Below are positions 52,050-62,594 of a stretch of DNA of 64,000 nucleotides, in pieces. Positions within the stretch are counted from its first letter, which is position 1; every line of letters begins with the position of its first letter. Below the pieces are notes generated by a model. It was given only the letters and a program-made list of their open reading frames with translations. It did no database searches and was not told the DNA's origin. Both the position numbers and the translations under genes were made by a program. Origin of the DNA: Diadema antillarum (Eukaryota); NCBI RefSeq assembly GCF_040938485.1, contig NW_027271245.1, positions 62,001 to 126,000 on the forward strand, given 5' to 3'.

Positions 52050-55000
52050 TGCCCACTGCCCACTGCCCAGTGGGCAGTGGGCAGGTCCTTCTGGTCCTGT
52101 ACGGGTAGTGAGACGTCCCCGCCCTCCACGAGTCTCCCGCTGCCTTGCGGGCAGTTTTTTGGTTAATCAAAGGCTAGGGAGTAAACCTTATCCAAATCCG
52201 GAGCGGAGCCCCTAAGGCGGTTAGGTGTTGCAGCTTCATCATCTCTCCGGCAGCTCCTACAGTCCAGTTGTGGCTAGGATGTGTCGCCCTGCGTCCCTCC
52301 TGGCTAGATCAGCTGGACCGAGAGGGGGGTCCTGGGCTTGGGCAACCCAAGGCCTCCACAGTTCTTCTCGCCCAGGATTCAGTGACTCCACCCTCCATCT
52401 CTTCTCTTCTTCTCCCAAGTCCTGAGGCGATGGGCGAGTGGCGACGGTAGCAGGTGCAAGATGGCGCTGGGAGCTTCTAGCCATGGACCTACACTCAGGC
52501 GGTCAGGGCAAGGATGGTCGTTCTACAACCTACCGGGGCAAGGGCATAGTTCGGCAGCCACTCTGACGACGGAGCAGCCCTTTTCAGGGACAGCACTGCT
52601 CCCCCCTCATGGGGAAGGGTCTAGAAAAGGTGACCTAAAAAAAGCTTGCCTCATCTCCATCCTGTCAGCATACCGCAGCTGACTGGACATCTACCACGCG
52701 GTCGAAATACAAGAGAAACACGAAAGACGAACTCAAAATCATCCCGCCGGAAAAGCACCTTATGTGTTGGAGCCTGGAACATCAGGACACTCATGGATAA
52801 CCAAAACTGTGACAGACCAGAACGTCGAACAGCACTTGTAGGTCGAGAACTGCTGAGATACAGCATCGATATTGCTGCCCTCAGCGAGACACGCCTTGCA
52901 GACACTGGGGAGATCACCGAGGCTGGAGCTGGATACACTTTCTTCTGGTCGGGAAAGGCACTAAATGAACGCAGGGAGGCAGGAGTTGGTTTTGCCATTC
53001 GCACCACCCTCGTCAAGAACCTGGGGTCCCTCCCAAGGGGTATCAGCGACCGCCTGATGGTGATAAGAATCCCTCTCCATGGCAAGACGCACTTGTCACT
53101 CATCAGTGTGTACGCCCCCACCATGACCTATACTCTGGAGGAGAAAGAGCTGTTCTATCAGAACCTCTCCAAAGTGCTGCGGTCAGTTCCTAAAGACGAC
53201 AAGCTGCTGATACTAGGGGACTTCAATGCCCGGGTGGGTAGAGATGCCCAGTCTTGGCCAGATGTCATTGGGCCACATGGCACTGGCCATGAGAACACCA
53301 ACGGCCAACTGCTACTCACCCTCTGTGCTGAACATGGACTCACCATCACCAATACCCTGTTCCAACTGCCAGACATCCACAAAACTACCTGGATGCACCC
53401 AAGATCCAAGCACTGGCACTTGATTGATTATGTGATCACCAGGCGCCGAGACATCCAGGATGTTCGCATCACAAGAGCAATGAGGGGAGCTGACTGCTGG
53501 ACAGACCACCTGCTGCTGAGGTGCAAACTGTCCTTTTCCATTGTCAGCAGGCATAGACGTCAGAAATCTGACGTTAAAAAGAAAATGGATGTCCAGAAGC
53601 TAAATGAACCAAACACAAAAGAAGCCCTCATCACCAACCTTGCAAACCAGCTTGAACATCTACCAGCAGAGGAAGACTACGAGAAGGCCTGGGCCAACTT
53701 CCGGGATGTGGTGTATGACTCTGCCAGTCTGACTCTTGGATATATGACAAGGAAACACCAAGACTGGTTCGACAACAACAACAAGGAGATCACCACCCTC
53801 CTCCAGGAGAAGAAAGAAGCCTTTACAGCCTGGCTCAATGACAAAGACTCCCAAGCGAAGCGTGACCGCCTCAAGAACATCAGAGGAAAGGTGCAGACCG
53901 AGCTGCGACAGATGAAAGACAAGTGGTGGGAGAACAAGGCTGCAGAACTACAGCAGTACGCAGACGAGCACAACTCAAAGAAATTCTTTGCCAGCCTGAA
54001 GGATGTGTATGGCTCCACGCCAAATGCAATGGCACCTGTGCGCTCTGCCAATGGAACCCTGCTTACTGAGAAAAGCAACATCATACAGCGTTGGAGCGAA
54101 CACTTCAGCCAGCTACTAAACAGACCTTCTCAGATCGACCAGCAGGCCATTCAAGATATGCCACAGCGCCCAGTCCTGACCTTCCTTGATGACCCCCCAA
54201 TGTTGGCAGAAACCCTGAAGGCAATCAAGCAACTACATGCGGGGAAAGCACCTGGTCCTGACGGAATACCCCCAGAGATCTTCAGAGAGGGAGGTGCAGC
54301 CATTGCCATCAAGCTGACCGAGCTGATACAGCAATTCTGGGAAGAAGGATCGGTGCCGCAGGACTTCAAGGATGCCAACATTGTGCATCTGTACAAGAAC
54401 AAAGGGGACAGAGCTTCATGTGACAACCACCGGGGCATATCACTATTGAGCATCGCAGGAAAGATTATGGCCCGTGTTGTTCTGAACCGCATCTCACACC
54501 ATCTGCTGGACGACGTGGTCTCTGAGAGCCAGTGTGGATTTAGGAGCAACAGGGGGACAATAGACATGATCTTCGCATTACGGCAGCTACAAGAGAAGTG
54601 CCGAGAACAAAACCAGAACTTATACATCCTCTTCGTAGATCTGACGAAGGCTTTTGACACTGTCAGCCGTGAGGGTCTGTGGGCTATCTTGACCAAGCTG
54701 GGCTGCCCTCCTAAGTTTGTCAGGATCATCCAGTCCTTTCATGATGGCATGATGGCTCGCATTGTGGCAAACGGAGATATCTCTGACCCATTCCCAGTCT
54801 CCAATGGTGTAAAGCAAGGCTGTGTGATGGCTCCTACACTCTTCAGCCTCATGTTTGCTACCATGCTCTTCTGTGCCCTCTCCAAGTGTGATGCTGGTGT
54901 CAGTATTCGGTACAGATGTGATGGCCGATTCTTTGACCTTAGACGTCTGAAGGCAAAGACCAAAGTCCTGAAGGCCCTTGTGAGAGACTTCCTGTTTGCA

Positions 55001-55956
55001 GACGATTGTGCGCTTGCAGCATTGAATGAACCAGACCTCTCAGAACTTGCCACTTGTTTTGCAGAAGCAGCAAAAGCCTTTGGACTGACCATCAGCCTGC
55101 AAAAAACAGAAGTGATGCTCCAGCCTGCACCTGGCCTGTCACCTCCTGAGCCTCAGATCGAGATCGAGGGCACAAAACTGAACAACGTGGAGAGCTTCAC
55201 ATACCTGGGAAGCTGCCTGTCTTCAAACTGCAGCATGGACAAGGAAGTCTCCAAGAGGCTCGCAAAAGCAGGAACTTCGTTTGGCAGACTTTGGACACGT
55301 GTGTGGGGTGAACGAGGCATCAGGCTTTCTACCAAGCTGGCAGTCTACAAGGCAGTCGTCGTCACATCCCTGCTCTATGGCTGTGAGACATGGACGCTGT
55401 ATAGGAGGCAAAACCGTGCACTTGACCAGTTCCACCTCCGCTGCCTGCGACGAATCATGGGAATTTCCTGGCAGGATAGAGTCTCAAACACTGAGGTGCT
55501 TCGCAGAGCCAAAATGTCTGGGATCGAGGCCCTCATCATGAAGGCCCAGCTCCGATGGGTCGGACATGTTGTCCGAATGGATGATACTCGTCTACCAAAG
55601 ATGATCTTCTTCTCCGAGCTGGCTTCTGGAGCAAGGAGCATTGGAAGGCCCCTGAAGCGGTACAAAGACAGTCTGAAAACTTCCCTTGTTGCCTGTGGCA
55701 TCTCAGCCCGTGACTGGCAGTCGCTTGCCTCTGACCGCACCGTCTGGCGCCCAGCTGTCCAAAGGGGTGCAAGACTGTTTGAGGAGAAGCGCCTCAGGAG
55801 CTTGGACCAGAAGCGAAAAGCCCGCAAAGAGAGGATCACGGACCCTACTTCTGCTGTGGCATGCCCAACATGTGGCCGCGTCTGTGCGTCCGCCTTTGGG
55901 CTCCGCTCCCACCTCCGGCGTCACTGACGTCATTGTCGAACCCGACAGACTTCCAT
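52050..55956 (+). mobile_element. Full-length RTE-clade non-LTR retrotransposon
   Basis: 10-bp target-site duplication TATACAATAT (52040-52049, 55957-55966); GC-rich 5' leader; single long ORF; short 3' UTR. Confidence 0.9.
52646..55927 (+). CDS. RTE polyprotein: AP endonuclease, reverse transcriptase and C-terminal Cys/His finger
   Basis: Uninterrupted 1093 codons: GAWNIRTL, ALSETR, LGDFNARVG, TDH, QCGFR, FVDLTKAFD, GVKQGC, LFADD, YLG, CPTC...HLRRH. The listed start is TTG, not ATG. Confidence 0.95.
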   Translation: MPHLHPVSIPQLTGHLPRGRNTRETRKTNSKSSRRKSTLCVGAWNIRTLMDNQNCDRPERRTALVGRELLRYSIDIAALSETRLADTGEITEAGAGYTFFWSGKALNERREAGVGFAIRTTLVKNLGSLPRGISDRLMVIRIPLHGKTHLSLISVYAPTMTYTLEEKELFYQNLSKVLRSVPKDDKLLILGDFNARVGRDAQSWPDVIGPHGTGHENTNGQLLLTLCAEHGLTITNTLFQLPDIHKTTWMHPRSKHWHLIDYVITRRRDIQDVRITRAMRGADCWTDHLLLRCKLSFSIVSRHRRQKSDVKKKMDVQKLNEPNTKEALITNLANQLEHLPAEEDYEKAWANFRDVVYDSASLTLGYMTRKHQDWFDNNNKEITTLLQEKKEAFTAWLNDKDSQAKRDRLKNIRGKVQTELRQMKDKWWENKAAELQQYADEHNSKKFFASLKDVYGSTPNAMAPVRSANGTLLTEKSNIIQRWSEHFSQLLNRPSQIDQQAIQDMPQRPVLTFLDDPPMLAETLKAIKQLHAGKAPGPDGIPPEIFREGGAAIAIKLTELIQQFWEEGSVPQDFKDANIVHLYKNKGDRASCDNHRGISLLSIAGKIMARVVLNRISHHLLDDVVSESQCGFRSNRGTIDMIFALRQLQEKCREQNQNLYILFVDLTKAFDTVSREGLWAILTKLGCPPKFVRIIQSFHDGMMARIVANGDISDPFPVSNGVKQGCVMAPTLFSLMFATMLFCALSKCDAGVSIRYRCDGRFFDLRRLKAKTKVLKALVRDFLFADDCALAALNEPDLSELATCFAEAAKAFGLTISLQKTEVMLQPAPGLSPPEPQIEIEGTKLNNVESFTYLGSCLSSNCSMDKEVSKRLAKAGTSFGRLWTRVWGERGIRLSTKLAVYKAVVVTSLLYGCETWTLYRRQNRALDQFHLRCLRRIMGISWQDRVSNTEVLRRAKMSGIEALIMKAQLRWVGHVVRMDDTRLPKMIFFSELASGARSIGRPLKRYKDSLKTSLVACGISARDWQSLASDRTVWRPAVQRGARLFEEKRLRSLDQKRKARKERITDPTSAVACPTCGRVCASAFGLRSHLRRH

Positions 55957-56676
55957 TATACAATATATCTGTATGCAATTATATTTGTAAGATCACAACT
56001 ACTGATCTACAGTATATATTTCAACAAACATGTCGGAAAAGGGAAACAAACCAAATACGTCTCTACGGAATCGCTGATGGAGACAAATCATGAAAATCCT
56101 TCAAATCAAATCTTTATCTATAGATGCTATAATAACCTCGCTTCATTCAAGATTATGTTTGTACATATACATGTATATAAACTTTTTTGAGGATGGTTCG
56201 ATGTGCTGCACTTGCACTGCTTTTTCATTTTAAGTTTTTTTTTTTTCATGCATGCATGGGTGTTCATTTCTTTATCATTATTATTATTTTTTTGTTGGGG
56301 GGGGGGGAGGGAAGTCTTTTTAAGAGCCCTCCACCTCCCCCCCCCCCCCCCCCACCCCCCACTCCCCTGGCATTGTCCTACATGTTGGATGAATCATAAA
56401 TCATAATTCATGGCTTTAAAAAGCAAATGTACAGTGCTGAGTAATCACACTCATCGAATAGGATTCTGGAGGGGATTTCAATATCTATTTCAATTACAGT
56501 GTATGTTTAATGTGTACTAGTATTTATTCAAAAAGCAAAAAAGCAAAAAGGTTAAGTTGAACCGCTGAACAGAGCCAGCGACAGAATGCCTGGTCATGTG
56601 CCTTTCCCATAGACACTTTCGCCACTGTTGAGACCCTTTGCCAGTGCATACTAGTACTATACATGTATGTGGTGGT

Positions 56677-57133
56677 GGAGAATCCCCGTCGTGCGGCAGG
56701 AAATTCCTTGCCGACATACGAAACTATCACATGCTATTTACGTGCAGTTCAGCGGTCGATACATGCTTCATATCTCATGAATGTGACTTTCAAAAATTAT
56801 GTCATTGTCGCCCCGTATAGAAAGGCAAACATTTTCAGTAGCTGCAGAGGGGTAAAGTACATGGATCAAACGACGCTACTTGTGTTGAATGCAGAGTGAA
56901 TGCAGAGCTTCAGAAGCCAGAGCAAAAGCCAGGCCAGGGTCTCGGCAGGGAGTCATATACAAAACTCGTCATCATCTCCGACTTCGTCAGTTGTCTTTGA
57001 CGTGCATTACATTTGATATCGTATTTCGTCGAAATCGTGGATCGCTGTCCCTTAATCTCGCCAGCCAGCTACCAGAGACCTAGCAGCAGTTACAAGATAC
57101 AGTGTGCAAACTCTCTTCAGAAGAGCAGTCAAG
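56677..57133 (+). promoter_or_regulatory. P6 putative kB sites (GGAGAATCCCC 56677-56687; GGAAATTCC 56699-56707) and non-coding first exon (donor AAG|GTAAAT at 57134)
   Basis: Minus-strand GGGATTCTCC fits GGGRNWYYCC; acceptor TAACAG at 57931 precedes the P6 ATG. Confidence 0.55.
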
Positions 57134-57959
57134 GTAAATAGTGAAGAATGCGTGTATGCTTGCACTTACACTTTTCAGATCATGATGGGCATCAACAAAC
57201 CACATAAAGGTCTCTTCCATAAGTATATACTAGTATGCCACATTTTGGTGGTCATCTTCTTAAAAGTAAAGGGTGCTTGAAAAGCAGACGTTTGGTTCGG
57301 CCTTTGTATTATGATATATAGCTGTAGCAAAGTTTTGTTCGTTCGGGTATACAAATATATGTTTCAACTTTGAAAAACATTCATATAGTTTGGTGATCAA
57401 TTCTCATAGCTAGATTCTACAGAATCATATTAGAATTGCGAAAAAAAAATCGTGCTCTGACTTCAATGAAGTGTTTTGATGGTGATATATTTTTAGAATT
57501 CAACTTTCTATTAAAGCACCATGCAGACACACACTGCAGGGAAACCATGACTGATATCCTGGAATTCTAAGATATGTATAAAGTCATGATTTTCTGGTGT
57601 TTACATTATGAGACAGCATGATCAAGGAAAGAGATGGCTGATTTCTGTTAGGAATATTGGTAGAGCCAAAAGAAGTTGCCATGAGCTTATCATGATCGAT
57701 TCAGGGACCATTTGACCAGTGCCAATGTGCAGCCATTCATTTACATGCTGGAAGAGTATGGACACAGATAGATTTTAAGGACAGAAAAAGAAGCATTCAT
57801 TTGAATTAGAAAAAGTTTTAAACTCTTCAAAAGTAAATCAAGTCCATCTCTTCTTTTGTAGTACATATCATTGTCCTGGGAGCACAATTCCTTTTTACAT
57901 GTATTTTTTTTTTTATTGTCTGCTGTAACAGAACTATCCAAGGAACAAGGTCTCCCATC

Positions 57960-58224
57960 ATGGGTGTAATAGGCGTATGCAGTTCTGGACCAGAATCCAG
58001 CATCAACCGTTTGCTACGTGTGCTCCGAGATCTTTCATCCAGGAGCGGCGATGAAGTGAGATTCATCCAGCTACCATACAACGACCTGGACAGCTTTAAG
58101 CTGGCACGTGGCACAGTGGATGGAATCGTTCTCTGTCACTCTATCCACAATCGCCGTTTTTCCATCACTGATGTTGATGATGCCCTGTACGATAAGTTTC
58201 TACCTCGCATGGCAGAGACTTTTG
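57960..58224 (+). CDS. Paralogue P6 coding exon A
   Basis: MGVIGVCSS...DGIVLCHSIHNRRFSITDV; donor G|GTGAGC, phase 1. Confidence 0.9.
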
Positions 58225-58800
58225 GTGAGCAAATCAGTTTGATGTGTGATACAATTACTGTCACAGTAGTTTCACATTATTTTCTCTAAGGACAGACGAA
58301 ATTATGAATCTTGTTGCCATATTTTTCTTAGTCTATTTCTGCTATTGGTCGATGACAACAACAAAAAAGAATCGAATAGTTTCAAAATGAAAATTTAGAT
58401 TCTTCCAGATTTCAGGTGATTGCTGTTGAAATGTGGCATTAAAAAGAAAACATTGAGTTTTATAGTTACAAATTAGTGAATCAGTGTTGGGAAGAAGAAC
58501 TATAATATAATATAGAGAAATAGTGGTATTAAACTTGCATGATTGTTCTTATATTAATCCCCCTCTCTCTCTATCTATCTATCTATCTCTCCATCTCATT
58601 TTCTACCTATTCTCCCTTGATTAATAATAATGATGATGATAGTAATAATACTAAAATATATATAACTATATATATTATATAACTTATAAGTGCCTAATAC
58701 TGATGTTACTAAGTGCAACAATATGGAAAATATTAAATCAAAATACAGCATTATGTACATACAATAACACTCTAATCCACCCATATTCCCCGCTCTGCAG

Positions 58801-59918
58801 GAAGAGAAAATGTCGCTGTGATAGCTCATGACTTTCCATGGCCATCAAATGAGAACCTGCACACCCAGGTCCAGGAGGCTCGCATGGCAAGCTTCCGCAT
58901 CAAGCAGCCAACCACCTTTGATAGCTCCGCCCTGGTCCTCACCAGTGGTAGGATGGATGCCATCTTACAGATGGATGTGGGTGACCTGGAGAAGCTAGAG
59001 AGGTTTGTCACCAATCTGCGCATGGCTACCACTCACTTCAAGGTCACAGAACTCCCAGGGATTATGTGTGAATCTGCATGGAACCTTTCTCAACAAATGA
59101 TTGAGATTCTCCTGATCATTTTGTTTATGTTGCATCCTCCTTTGCGGCAGGGGATGTTCTTTCTGTTTGCTAACATTACCCTCTCGCTGATGCTTATCTG
59201 CACCAAGCTGAAGGATGTTGTTTCATCACCCATCATGCCACTTTCAGTACAGCGCTGGTCTCTGACATACAGCAACTCCCTGAAGACGGCCTGTCATGAT
59301 ATGAAGAAATCTGGGAGCAAAATCTGTGCTTCAGTTACATCCTATTCCAAAGCCTTTGCTAATGGTGTGTGGTGCCGTCTGCCAATCAGCTTGGTCAATT
59401 CTGGTAAGAAAGGGAGATCATATCTTTTTGGATCTCTTTCAGCTTACTACACCACTGTTAAGAACTATGTTAAGGACTGTGCTGGTTGGCTGTATGGGAT
59501 GATCAAATCATTGTCAATCCCAAAAGAGTGGGTACAGAACAGTTGTAATGCAGTGTATACAATTTACATCGGCATCAATGAGTTTGTGTGGATGATGTAC
59601 TCAATGATACCATCACATGTCACTGTAAAGGAGTGTTTCAGATCATATTTGTCATTCACTGCATGGGAGATACAGAGAGGCAATGGGTCTAGCCTTCTGA
59701 CATCAGTAACCATAGCAACAGGATGGCTGAAGACCAAACTACAGACCTGCCTGTACCTGTCCCTGTGGCTTGCTCGTCTTCCGTTCTTGATACCATGGTA
59801 TGTGGCAGCTGCGTGCTACAATACCACACACAACATGGTGCATTATCTTTACAGAATGAAGAGGGCCTGTTTTACTATGATATCTTATCAGTCTACAAAG
59901 AGCAAAGGATGCAACTAG
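58801..59918 (+). CDS. Paralogue P6 coding exon B (460 aa in total), long tail with several hydrophobic segments
   Basis: Acceptor CTGCAG|GA; GRENVAVIAHDFPW...KQPTTF...SGRMD; 1.1-kb open frame. Confidence 0.9.
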
Positions 59919-62214
59919 AAAATTTGCAAGCATGAAGGACAAAACTGCTAGAAGTGCACATTTTTCCTTCCTCTTTCCAAACTGAAATATCCGAAGTTTT
60001 GCAGCATATATCATAAAACTTCACAGCATAGTTGCCAGCGACAGAATTATGCTAATTGTTTGTTGTTGGCAGATGTCTACTTGTATGCCTGTTTGGTGTC
60101 AAGAAAATATGTGCTGGATTTGTTTAACAAGATATTCAGAGACATGGCCCGCTCTTGATTCTTCTTCTTCTTCTTCTGGTTATGTCTGCCTCCTTCAATA
60201 AGCTGAAGATTCTTACAGACTGTGTTATTTCCATTATGATATAGTGTATTTATAGATACAATGTATTTGTAAGCACATAACAAATATGAAGAACAAGACT
60301 AGCCACTGTGTTCAACCGTTAGTCGGTTACAGAATGCTCCCACAGATGGCGCTGCGATGCAACAATTTCCGATGCCAGCTCCTTACTGTTCTTGGAAAGA
60401 ACGAATGGCGATGTGATTCAGATGCGATTTACGGTGCTGTGGATGAGCAATTCCCTTTGATAGCTTCTTGTCATACACTGATGATAAAATATGATGAAAT
60501 AGTCGTTCATTGCCACGCATGAACATTTCAAAACAGAGCTACTTTATCTTGCTAGTATGATATTTTGAAAGTTGGGACTCGTGAGACAATCCGTGCCAGC
60601 AGTTGAATTTATGGTTTTATATAAAGCAGTGACAAATTGAGAAAAAAAAAATCAGTATTGTACCTTGCAAAAGTCAACCCACACAGGGCCAGAGAAAATC
60701 TGTTGACTTATGGGAATATTTGTATTGACAAAATAACAAAACAAAATGGGAGATTTAACTACAGTATTCTTGATTTTTACATTTCATCGACATGTGTGTG
60801 ATTTGTTGACTTACGCAATGTTCACTTACAGAAGATTTACTACATGTATATTGTTTTCGCGTTCAAATGAGAAGTTATTGATTTCCTACCTTATAGTGAT
60901 AAGAATTATGAGGCACATTTATGTTTGGGAGGCAGTATTTTGAAAATGTTCAATTTCATGATTGTAATTTGCCTCACAAAAAATACTGCATTACATACAG
61001 TACCGGTAGTCATTTCTTTGCTTATACCAGTACATTAAATGAATGACTGCTCATGGTAACAACTGAGATTGAAAACAAGCAATTTTCAAAGATTTTATTG
61101 TAGTAGTGATCCTACTTCATGGCATACTTGTGTAATGTTAACATCACTGGAGCACCAGTGAATAGGCCTGGAAGTGAATTTTACATGTGTGAAGTCCTGA
61201 ACACTGGATGTTTGGAAAATTTTCTTTGCCTAATTATGCTTGCCTTATTATACTTGCCTTTTGAAATACATGTAGTAAGCTTCTTGAGTACCAAAGAATA
61301 CTGGAATAGATAGTAGACATAAGGAAAGACATTGCTGTTGTATGCAATTGAGCCTTTATTGTATACAACTACCATGTAAATGTTGCATATTAAATGCAGT
61401 TTCCCATTGTGTATTAAAGTCATTGATCTGCTGGTGACAGCTTTAAGATATACTTTGTGCGTTCTAACCAATGCACTGAAAAGTCTTAACTTCAAGCACT
61501 ACGTGTAATAGGACCTTGCTTACCATTACTCAGCTTTGGCTCTAGTTGAGGAAAACACAGTGCTAAATTTTCCTGTCACATCATAATTATGCATTTACTT
61601 TATAATGACAGGATTGCTAGTTTGTATCTCGGCTTTGGTTTGTTTTGTTTTTATTGATAACAGAGGTGGAATTGCAAACAAACTGTGCCCCGCTGTATAA
61701 CCCACATGAGGCGCTGATTTAGTAATCTAGATTGAGTTCCTTTTTCTTCAAGTACAATCCCAACATGATAAGGTACATGATAATAAGAGATAGCTGAGTA
61801 AAATAACAACTTTTGCAAAGGGTGTGTAGATAATTGGAAAAAAAAAATGATGGTATCTGGATCCTATGTTGGATGCTAAGCTCAAACAAATATCAGAGAA
61901 ATAATCACTCATAGTACATGTGCATTATCAAACATGGTAGGATTGGGAATTGCGTATTGTCAAATGTTGGCAGTGCTGATAGTTTTTACTCTAGCCTCTC
62001 CCAAGAGATCATGAACAATAAAATCTACCAGACAACATCATTACTGACGTGGATATGGTTGTATGTCTTCTACTGTCTTCAGGAATTTTGGGTCACTTTG
62101 GCTTATAATTGCTCAATATATAGATGGTTATGGGTTGATATTGAACACGTAATACCCCTTAGTCATCCATGGTTGTTTATTATTCCTAAATGTTTGACCA
62201 GAGGAATATTTATA

Positions 62215-62594
62215 CAGTGTACTCCCGTTATAAGGGACATCGTTATAGCAAAATTACAGTTACAATGAAGTAAAAATTCAAGCCATAACATAATCCACTC
62301 TATGTATTTTCATTGATTGTTTGTTTGGTTATAACGAAATTTCGATATAACAAAAGAAAACTGCCGGTCCGAGAACTTCATCATAACAGGAGTCCACTGT
62401 GTCACAGTTGTCTTTTACAGCGGACTCCTGTTATAACGAAGTCGGCAATTTTCTTTCATTATATAGAAATTTCGTTATAACCGAACAAATAAACAATAAA
62501 AGCACATAGAGCTGATAATTTTGCGACCTGGATTCTTATTGCGCTGTAACCGGAATTTTGTTATAACCGTGTTCGTTATAATGGGAGTGCACTG
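62215..62594. mobile_element. Two adjacent, oppositely oriented Tc1/pogo-like MITEs (62215-62399 and 62418-62594)
   Basis: Both match the 11196-11386 family (CAG.GGACTCCTG.TATAAC / TTATAA.GGGAGT.CACTG). Confidence 0.75.

Noticed and set aside
55459-55468. Perfect kB site GGGAATTTCC
   Set aside because: Lies inside the RTE coding sequence (encodes G-I-S), so it is explained by coding constraint.
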